Below are positions 27,879-35,549 of a DNA stretch of 64,000 nt, in pieces (positions within the stretch are counted from its first letter, which is position 1; every line of letters begins with the position of its first letter). Made by a program: the position numbers and the translations under genes. The notes under the pieces were generated by a model, which did no database searches, was not told where the DNA came from, and saw only the letters and a list, made by a program, of their open reading frames with translations. The stretch is from Eubacteriales bacterium (GTDB taxonomy: Bacteria; Bacillota; Clostridia; Oscillospirales; CAG-272): positions 885-64,884 of the forward strand of contig JAZUBZ010000095.1 of the NCBI GenBank assembly GCA_045638805.1, read 5' to 3'.

Positions 27879-28421
27879 ATGAAAAAATGCGCTTTTATTA
27901 TTATATCTTTAATTTTAACCTTAAATATAGTTTCATGTAGTGGTGTTTATGAAGAAACCATTGTTTCGAACATTGAAGAATACAGTAGCATCTGGTCTTT
28001 ACCAGAACGCAGAGTGGGAGAGACTTCCTTGTTATTTCCGAGTAAAATTAATGAAGAATGTACCGAATTCAAATGTATACATACTACTTATAAATGGTTA
28101 GGAACAGGATGGCAAATTACATTAGCGCTTAAATATGACGATTCTTTGAGCTTTGGAAAGGAAATTGACCGTTTGAATACCCTCTCTGAAAATTCTCCAG
28201 TTCACGAAAATTCCGATTACTTTGATAAATCTGCCTATGCATCAGTTTGGAATTGGAACGGTTGCTTTGAATATGCTATTGTAGACGAATCAGAAAAAAC
28301 TGTAAACTACATATATTTGCAGCTAACTGACAAAGATGAACTCACAATAGATGCCAACTATATACCCAACGGCTATGAGATAGAATTGACAGACTGTGAG
28401 TCATACTCGGTATATGAGTAA
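27879..28421 (+). CDS. lipoprotein, candidate immunity protein for the preceding toxin tip
   Basis: MKKCAFIIISLILTLNIVSCSG lipobox. AAGAGGT RBS. 55 nt downstream of the toxin tip. Confidence 0.7.
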   Translation: MKKCAFIIISLILTLNIVSCSGVYEETIVSNIEEYSSIWSLPERRVGETSLLFPSKINEECTEFKCIHTTYKWLGTGWQITLALKYDDSLSFGKEIDRLNTLSENSPVHENSDYFDKSAYASVWNWNGCFEYAIVDESEKTVNYIYLQLTDKDELTIDANYIPNGYEIELTDCESYSVYE

Positions 28422-28719
28422 CAATGCCTATATAAAATCATATTTATATTCACATTTCAAGATCACCGGTTGACTAGTGGCTTGTACATCCCAGATACCG
28501 GGGTATTGCCAGATTACACTCTGAAGAGTCGCTGAAATATATTACTATATCATGTGCACTGCAATCCATTAACGAGTCATATTATCCTTTTGTGACTTTG
28601 TGATAATGTCAAGCATAGATTTACTTCCAATGGACTTGCATAAAGCTCGCTCAATTTATTGTAGTTCCGCTCTCTCTACAGTCCATTGATAGAATTATGT
28701 AGGTATTTAGCCACCAATA

Positions 28720-28756
28720 AACAACTCCGCACTTCATTTTGAGGTGCGGAGTTGTT
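28720..28756. terminator. strong hairpin without a clear T-run
   Basis: AACAACTCCGCAC, 11 nt, GTGCGGAGTTGTT. Confidence 0.45.
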
Positions 28757-28850
28757 CTCAGTCTACGAAACTCAAGGTAATATAGTACGCACAACAGCCA
28801 CGGGCTGACACTCGTTGTCGTACCGCTTCTGTTTCTAAAATAGCAAACAA

Positions 28851-28890
28851 AAAAACAACGGGCTGTCCTCTTAGGCAACCCGTTGTTTTT
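28851..28890. terminator. bidirectional terminator after the ABC exporter operon
   Basis: AAAAACAACGGG, 16 nt, CCCGTTGTTTTT. Confidence 0.8.
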
Positions 28891-28896
28891 ATAATA

Positions 28897-30837
28897 TCAC
28901 TCCAGCTCGAATGCGCCGGTGTATAGTCTGTAATACTGTCCCTTCTGGGCTATAAGATCGTCGTGGCTTCCGCGTTCAATGATTCGTCCGTGGTCAAGCA
29001 CGATGATAACGTCGGAGTTCTTTACGGTAGAAAGTCGGTGTGCGATAACAAATACTGTTCTGCCGTGCATAAGAGCGTCCATACCGCGCTGAACGATCGC
29101 CTCAGTTCGTGTGTCGATGGATGAGGTAGCCTCGTCCATGATCATAACGGGAGGGTCTGCAACTGCGGCACGTGCAATGGAAAGAAGCTGTCTCTGACCC
29201 TGAGAAAGATTCGCGCCGTTTTCCGTGAGCATTGTGGAATATCCCTCGGGGAGACGTGTAATAAAATCATCAGCTCCCGCAAGGCGAGACGCAGCGATAC
29301 ACTCTTCATCTGTTGCATCAAGCTTACCGTAACGGATATTGTCCATAACGGTACCTGTGAACAAGTTGGTATCCTGCAATATCATACCGAGAGCGCGTCT
29401 CAGGTCACTCTTTCTTATTTTATTTACGTTGATACCGTCGTATCTTACCTTACCGTCGGCTATATCGTAGAAACGGTTCAGCAGGTTTGTGATGGTGGTC
29501 TTTCCTGCACCGGTAGCGCCTACAAACGCCACCTTCTGTCCAGGCTTTGCATAGAGAGAGACGTCGTGAAGTACAGTCTTACCTTCAACGTAGGCAAAGT
29601 CAACACCGTCAAGAACTACGTCACCCTTTAGGGGAGTATAGGTGAGAGTACCGTCGGAGTGGGGATGCTTCCACGCCCACATATGTGTTACCTCATCACA
29701 CTCAACGAGACGACCGTTCTCTTCCCTTACGTTTACGAGGGTTACGTAACCTTCGTCAGCTTCGCTTTCCTCGTCGAGAAGGGTGAAGATACGGTCAGCG
29801 CCCGCAAGACCCATAACAACCATATTTATCTGCTGAGACACCTGGTTCACGTTTGCAGTAAACTGTTTGGTAATATTAAGGAAGGGTACAACAAGGCTGA
29901 TTCCGAAAGGAAGACCGCTGAAGCCAAGGTTATCAACGTTGATTATCATCAGCACACCGCCCCAGATAGCCACAATAACGTAAAGGATGTTACCAAGGTT
30001 GTTCAGTACGGGACCAAGGATGTTTGCATACTTGTTAGCCTTTTCGGCTTCGCTGAAAAGCTCGTTATTGATACGGTCGAAGTCAGCCTTGCTTTCTTCC
30101 TCGTGGCAGAAAACCTTTATAACCTTCTGACCGTTCATCATTTCCTCGGCAAAACCTTCCATCTTACCGATGGCCTTCTGCTGACGCATGAAGTATTTCG
30201 CACTTCCACCGCCCACTTTTTTAACCACTAATGACATGACGAATGCACCGAGGATAACGACGATAGCCATCCACACGCTGAAGTAGAACATGACTCCGAG
30301 AAGCGCCACGACGGTTATACCCGATGTCATAAGCTGAGGCAAACTCTGTGAGATAAGCTGACGGAGGGTATCGGTATCGTTGGTGTAGGTACTCATCACG
30401 TCGCCGTGGTTGTGAGTATCGAAGAACTTTACGGGGAAGGTCTGCATCTTATCAAACATCTTACAGCGTAGCTTTTTAAGGGTTCCCTGTGTAAGTACAG
30501 CCATAAGCTGATTGTAAAGGATGCTGATCGCTATGGAGAATATATAGACCACTACAAGGATGAGTACGGTCTTAATGATCTTAGCTGACGTGTCTGACCA
30601 TGTGATGCCGTTATCAAGTGCCGTCTGGATGTACTCAATTATCTTCTGCATAAACAGAGGAGGAAGAGAGGCAACAGCTGCATTAAAAATGATACATCCG
30701 ATAATAATGGGAAGAAGAACGGGATAGAAGCTGAAAACAGTCTTAATAAGTCTACCGACTGTTCCCTTCTTGGCGCGTGCGGGCATGGGTCTGCCGCCTT
30801 TAGATCCCTGAGGAGGCATTTTCATTTTACCTGTCAC
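28897..30837 (-). CDS. ABC exporter, fused permease/ATPase (type 1 multidrug-like), subunit B
   Basis: Six-TM domain, Walker A GATGAGKTT, signature LSQGQRQ, Walker B IMIMDEATS. Confidence 0.92.
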   Translation of the reverse strand: MTGKMKMPPQGSKGGRPMPARAKKGTVGRLIKTVFSFYPVLLPIIIGCIIFNAAVASLPPLFMQKIIEYIQTALDNGITWSDTSAKIIKTVLILVVVYIFSIAISILYNQLMAVLTQGTLKKLRCKMFDKMQTFPVKFFDTHNHGDVMSTYTNDTDTLRQLISQSLPQLMTSGITVVALLGVMFYFSVWMAIVVILGAFVMSLVVKKVGGGSAKYFMRQQKAIGKMEGFAEEMMNGQKVIKVFCHEEESKADFDRINNELFSEAEKANKYANILGPVLNNLGNILYVIVAIWGGVLMIINVDNLGFSGLPFGISLVVPFLNITKQFTANVNQVSQQINMVVMGLAGADRIFTLLDEESEADEGYVTLVNVREENGRLVECDEVTHMWAWKHPHSDGTLTYTPLKGDVVLDGVDFAYVEGKTVLHDVSLYAKPGQKVAFVGATGAGKTTITNLLNRFYDIADGKVRYDGINVNKIRKSDLRRALGMILQDTNLFTGTVMDNIRYGKLDATDEECIAASRLAGADDFITRLPEGYSTMLTENGANLSQGQRQLLSIARAAVADPPVMIMDEATSSIDTRTEAIVQRGMDALMHGRTVFVIAHRLSTVKNSDVIIVLDHGRIIERGSHDDLIAQKGQYYRLYTGAFELE

Positions 30838-32576
30838 TTGTCTTCACCTCCCGCCTTATTTTGAGAAATATATATCTCGCGATATACGTCGTTTGTTTCA
30901 AGAAGCTCTGCGTGTGTACCCACAGCACATATCTTACCGCCGTCCATGATGATTATCTTATCAGCGTCCTCAACGGATGAGGTACGCTGAGCGATAATGA
31001 TCTTTGTCGTCTCGGGTATGTAGGTCTTCATTGCCATACGTATCATAGCGTCGGTCTTTGTATCCACTGCACTTGTGGAGTCGTCAAGGATGAGTACCTT
31101 CGGACGCTTCAAAAGAGCTCGCGCGATACAGAGTCTCTGCTTCTGACCGCCTGACAGGTTTGCACCCGCCTGCTCGATATAATAGTCGTATCCCTCGGGG
31201 AATGAGCTGACAAATTCGTCCGCGTGGGAAAGCTTACAAGCTTCGATCATTTCCTCATCGGTAGCCTCTTTGTTACCCCATCTAAGATTGTCCTTTACGG
31301 TACCCGAGAAGAGGATATTCTTCTGAAGAACAACAGCTACGTTATTACGGAGAACCTCAAGGTCATAGTCGCGGACATCAACGCCGCCTACGTATACTTC
31401 ACCCTCGGATGCGTCATACAGACGGGAGATAAGCTGAATAAGCGTAGTTTTAGATGAGCCTGTTCCACCGATGATACCGACGGTCTCGCCTGAGTTTATC
31501 TTAAGGTCGATGTCGCAAAGCGCCATCTTTTCGGCTTTTTCGGAATATCTGAAGCTTACGTTCTTAAATTCGATAGAACCGTCTGCAACCTCTGTTACAG
31601 CGTTTTCGGGAGAGGTAAGTGTGGACTTTTCGTCGATAACCTCTGCTATACGCTTGCAGGACTCTGCAGACAGGGTAAGCATTACGAATATCATAGACAG
31701 CATCATAAGGCTGCTGAGCATCATCATATTATATGTAAGAAGGGCTGACATCTGACCTACTTCAAGGTCAGCACCAATAGAGGTGATGACAACGTATGAG
31801 CCAAAGGTCATAACGAATATCATAACACAGTTCATACAGAACTGCATGAGAGGTGCGTTGAAAGCAAGGATCCTTTCAGCCTTTGTAAAGTCATTACATA
31901 CGTCCTCAGCGGCGGTGCCGAATTTACCGGACTCATGCTTCTCTCGGACGAAGGACTTAACAACTCTGATACCCTTAATATTCTCCTGAATAGAGCTGTT
32001 CAGCGCATCGTATTTCTTGAACACCTTTCTGAAAAGGGGCATTGTCTTTCTCATTATTATGAAAAGACCGGAACCGAGAACAGGAATGACGAGAAAGAAG
32101 ATGATGGCCATCTTTCCGCCCATTTTGAACGCCATTGCAAAGGCGAAAACAAGCATGAAGGGTGAGCGCACCGCAACGCGTATAAGCATCATAAACGCGT
32201 TCTGCACGTTTGTAATGTCGGTGGTAAGTCTTGTTACGAGAGACGAAGTTGAAAATTTGTCGATATTTGCAAAGGAATAATCCTGAATTGCAAAGAACAT
32301 ATCACGTCTCAGGTTACGTGCAAATCCACATGAGGCGGTAGCCGCGGTAAGACCCGCAAGCATTCCGAAGGCAAGAGACAGAAGAGCCATGACAACGAGC
32401 ACACCACCGTAACGGAGGATAACGTTCAGGTCACACCCTTTCTGAATCTCGTCAACAAGATCAGCAATGAGCATAGGGATTATACACTCAAGCACGACCT
32501 CACCCGAAATAAGTATGGGGGAGAGGATCGCGGGGAGCTTATATTCCCTTAAACTCTTAAGCAGAGTTTTGAACAT
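30834..32576 (-). CDS. ABC exporter, fused permease/ATPase, subunit A
   Basis: Six-TM domain, GGTGSSKTT, LSGGQKQR, ILILDDSTS. 4-nt overlap with the downstream partner suggests a heterodimer. Confidence 0.92.
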   Translation of the reverse strand: MFKTLLKSLREYKLPAILSPILISGEVVLECIIPMLIADLVDEIQKGCDLNVILRYGGVLVVMALLSLAFGMLAGLTAATASCGFARNLRRDMFFAIQDYSFANIDKFSTSSLVTRLTTDITNVQNAFMMLIRVAVRSPFMLVFAFAMAFKMGGKMAIIFFLVIPVLGSGLFIIMRKTMPLFRKVFKKYDALNSSIQENIKGIRVVKSFVREKHESGKFGTAAEDVCNDFTKAERILAFNAPLMQFCMNCVMIFVMTFGSYVVITSIGADLEVGQMSALLTYNMMMLSSLMMLSMIFVMLTLSAESCKRIAEVIDEKSTLTSPENAVTEVADGSIEFKNVSFRYSEKAEKMALCDIDLKINSGETVGIIGGTGSSKTTLIQLISRLYDASEGEVYVGGVDVRDYDLEVLRNNVAVVLQKNILFSGTVKDNLRWGNKEATDEEMIEACKLSHADEFVSSFPEGYDYYIEQAGANLSGGQKQRLCIARALLKRPKVLILDDSTSAVDTKTDAMIRMAMKTYIPETTKIIIAQRTSSVEDADKIIIMDGGKICAVGTHAELLETNDVYREIYISQNKAGGEDK

Positions 32577-32688
32577 TTTAACGATACCTTTCTGTATAAT
32601 TTGGATTTATTCTAACTTAAATTATACCAAAAACGATTTTTAATGTCAATTAGAGTTTAAATGATAAACTACTTTTGTAATATATGAC

Positions 32689-32718
32689 AAAAGCATCTCT
32701 CTCTGAGAGATGCTTTTT
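32689..32718. terminator. terminator after the MATE gene
   Basis: AAAAGCATCTCTC-TCT-GAGAGATGCTTTTT. Confidence 0.8.
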
Positions 32719-32727
32719 GATGTGAAT

Positions 32728-34128
32728 TTAATTTGGGTTTTCAGTTTTATTCTGTTTGAGAAGTAAGTCGTATTTTTTGCGCACGTTTCGGTAGCACACA
32801 TACTGAACCGCTGCTGTAGCTACCCACGAAACAATATACGAAACGTACAGCGATTCGGGAGAATTATAAAAGCGGAATACCGTGAATATCCACAGTATTC
32901 TGATACCGCACACACCTGCGATAGACACGATCATCGGCATCCACGGTGAACCCATTCCGCGAAGCGCACCCACAAGCACGTCCATTATTCCACAAAGAAA
33001 GTACATTGTACAAATAATGGAAAGACGGTTCATGCCGTAACGGATGACCTCTTCCGGGGCGATACTCATATCAGCACCCGAGGTTGCAGTGTAAAGAGAA
33101 AGTATCGGTTCACCGAAAATATACACAGCACCGCCTATTACGATACCTACCACTATAACGGTTATGAGACAGGTTCGGAATATTTTAGACAGTCTCTCAA
33201 GCTTTCCTGCGCCTATATTCTGTGACATAAACGCGAGGCACGTGTGGTGCATGGCGTTCATCGCAACATAAACAAAGCTTTCAACATTCAGAGCCGCAGC
33301 GTTACCTGAAACCACAGCTGAGCCGAAGGAATTTATGGAGGACTGGATAAGAATATTTGATATGGAGAAAATAGAACCTTGAATTCCTGCCGGGATTCCG
33401 TTACGGAGCATCGCCGAAAACTTACTGCTGTAAAGTCTCAATTTTTTCAGTTCAAGCTTATATACGTCATGTGTACGCATAAGGCAGATTACTACCCAAA
33501 TAGCAGAGATGACCTGGGACACGGTAGTAGCAATAGCAACGCCTGCTACATCAAGGTGAAAGCCTATTACAAGCACAAAATTAAGTGCAACGTTTACGAC
33601 ACCCGATACAGTAAGTATGTACAAGGGGCGTTTAGTATCTCCAACAGCACGAAGTATCGCCGCGCCGAAGTTGTATATCATAAACGCGGGCATGCCGAGG
33701 AAGTAGATGCGGAGATATAGTGTCGCTTGGTCTATAACGTCATGTGGGGAACCCATAAGTTCAAGGGCGGGACGAGCCGCCAAAAGACCAATAGCCAGCG
33801 TTATAACTCCGCAGATAATGCTTAGAGTCATCGCTGAGTGTACTGATTCATGAAGATTTCGTCTGTCCTCAGCACCATAGTACCTTGATACGATAACACT
33901 TGCGCCTACGGACATACCAACAAATATATTTACTATAAGATTGATAAGAGGCCCGTTGGAACCCACAGCTGCGAGAGCAGTACCGCCCGCATATCTTGCT
34001 ACAACGATCATATCTGCTGCATTGTACAGTAGCTGTAAAAGTCCTGTAAGAATAAGCGGAGCAGCATACAGCATAACGTTCTTTAAAATGGGACCGTTAC
34101 ACATATCAACCGTTTGTTTTTTACTCAT
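32728..34128 (-). CDS. MATE family efflux transporter
   Basis: 466 aa, 12 predicted TM helices. The N-terminal GPILKNVMLYAAPLILTGLLQLLYNAADMIVV is typical of MATE/NorM. Confidence 0.9.
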   Translation of the reverse strand: MSKKQTVDMCNGPILKNVMLYAAPLILTGLLQLLYNAADMIVVARYAGGTALAAVGSNGPLINLIVNIFVGMSVGASVIVSRYYGAEDRRNLHESVHSAMTLSIICGVITLAIGLLAARPALELMGSPHDVIDQATLYLRIYFLGMPAFMIYNFGAAILRAVGDTKRPLYILTVSGVVNVALNFVLVIGFHLDVAGVAIATTVSQVISAIWVVICLMRTHDVYKLELKKLRLYSSKFSAMLRNGIPAGIQGSIFSISNILIQSSINSFGSAVVSGNAAALNVESFVYVAMNAMHHTCLAFMSQNIGAGKLERLSKIFRTCLITVIVVGIVIGGAVYIFGEPILSLYTATSGADMSIAPEEVIRYGMNRLSIICTMYFLCGIMDVLVGALRGMGSPWMPMIVSIAGVCGIRILWIFTVFRFYNSPESLYVSYIVSWVATAAVQYVCYRNVRKKYDLLLKQNKTENPN

Positions 34129-34234
34129 TTCAACCTCCAGTATATTAGGTCTGAATTACATATCGTGAAAAGCTACAAGATTATTGTACACTAAACTATA
34201 ATACATATCTATTATACTATTTTTTTAAGATAAG

Positions 34235-34251
34235 TGCAAGTAATACTTGCA
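34235..34251. promoter_or_regulatory. perfect 8-1-8 palindrome, candidate operator
   Basis: TGCAAGTA-A-TACTTGCA overlaps the -35 hexamer in the MATE/AKR divergent region. Confidence 0.4.
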
Positions 34252-34275
34252 AAAAGAATTTATATAATGTATAAT
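34247..34275 (+). promoter_or_regulatory. candidate promoter of the aldo/keto reductase gene
   Basis: TTGCAA (34247-34252), 17 nt, then TATAAT (34270-34275). Confidence 0.5.
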
Positions 34276-34328
34276 AGAAAGGTATGCGTTTAATAACTTC
34301 CGATTATAATTGAAAGGTTAAATACAAC

Positions 34329-35495
34329 ATGATCTACAGTAATTTCAAGGATAAGAAGCTGTCTCTCCTCGGCTTTGGTACCATGCGTTTCCCCACTACA
34401 GAGAACGGTGATATTGATATAGTTCGCACTGAAGAATTGATCGACAAAGCCATCAGCGAAGGTGTTAACTACTTTGATACAGCATGGCCCTATCACTCAG
34501 GTATGTCCGAGGTAGTAACTGCAAAGATACTAAAAAAATACCCCCGCGAATCCTATTATCTTGCCGACAAATACCCCGGTCATCAAACAGCGGAAAAATA
34601 TGACCCCGCAGATATCTTTGAAAAACAACTAAAAAAATGCGACGTAGACTATTTTGATTTTTATCTCCTTCATAACGTGAACGAAAACTGCATTGACGTT
34701 TACAGAGATCCCTGCTTTGGAATCATCGACTATTTCATAGAGCAGAAGAAACTTGGACGTATCCGTCACCTGGGCTTCTCGACACATGGAAGCGTACAGA
34801 TGATCGAAGAATTCCTCCGTGACTACGGTGAGCACATGGAGTTCTGTCAAATTCAGTTCAATTATCTTGATGATACCCTTCAGCAGGCAGGTGCGAAGTA
34901 TGAGCTTCTCACAAAGCATAATATTCCCGTTTGGGTAATGGAGCCTGTTCGTGGTGGAAAGCTTGCAAAATTCAGTGATGCCATTGAAAATACGATGCGT
35001 GCCCTCCGTCCTGAAGAAAGTATTGCCGCATGGTCTTTCAGATGGCTTCAGCAGTATCCTAACGTAAAGATGATACTCTCCGGAATGTCAAACATGGAGC
35101 AGGTGGAAGACAATCTTAAGACATTCAATGCTTACTACCCTCTCAACGGAAAGGAGCTTGCTCTGCTCAACGGTATTGCGGAAGGAATGAAGAAGACCGT
35201 TCCCTGCACCGCATGCCGCTACTGTACGGACGGCTGTCCTGCAGGACTTGATATTCCTTATCTTGTGTCAATTTACAACGAGCTGTCCTCACTTCCCTCT
35301 GTTACAGCATCCATGAGACTTGAAAACCTCCCCGCGGAAAAGCTTCCCTCGGCATGTGTTTCCTGCGGTGCTTGCACACAGATCTGTCCCCAGAAGATTG
35401 ACGTTCCCAATGTTCTTGCCGAGCTTCAGAAAATGCTCGACAAGCTTCCCAAGTGGGCTGACATCTGCAGAGAGAGAGCCGCAGCACAAAAGTAA
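34329..35495 (+). CDS. aldo/keto reductase with C-terminal 4Fe-4S ferredoxin-type domain
   Basis: AKR core (GFGTMRFP, FDTAWPYH) plus CTACRYCTDGCP and CVSCGACTQICP cluster motifs. Confidence 0.88.
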   Translation: MIYSNFKDKKLSLLGFGTMRFPTTENGDIDIVRTEELIDKAISEGVNYFDTAWPYHSGMSEVVTAKILKKYPRESYYLADKYPGHQTAEKYDPADIFEKQLKKCDVDYFDFYLLHNVNENCIDVYRDPCFGIIDYFIEQKKLGRIRHLGFSTHGSVQMIEEFLRDYGEHMEFCQIQFNYLDDTLQQAGAKYELLTKHNIPVWVMEPVRGGKLAKFSDAIENTMRALRPEESIAAWSFRWLQQYPNVKMILSGMSNMEQVEDNLKTFNAYYPLNGKELALLNGIAEGMKKTVPCTACRYCTDGCPAGLDIPYLVSIYNELSSLPSVTASMRLENLPAEKLPSACVSCGACTQICPQKIDVPNVLAELQKMLDKLPKWADICRERAAAQK

Positions 35496-35502
35496 ATATT
35501 AT

Positions 35503-35540
35503 AAAACGGTATCCGCAAAAACGTGGATACCGTTTTGTTT
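35503..35540. terminator. bidirectional terminator between convergent genes
   Basis: AAAACGGTATCC, 10 nt, GGATACCGTTTTGTTT. Confidence 0.85.
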
Positions 35541-35549
35541 ATTATTCTA

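Larger units (their letters stand above)
24918..28896. other. visibly AT-rich accessory island (RHS remnant, orphan toxin tips, immunity-like genes, non-coding tail)
   Basis: Base composition is clearly more AT-rich by eye than the flanking ABC exporter and LRR genes. Not computed. Confidence 0.6.

Noticed and set aside
28651-28878. 75-aa minus-strand ORF in the island tail.
   Set aside because: It runs through two strong hairpins, has no RBS, and has an odd composition. It is most likely non-coding.
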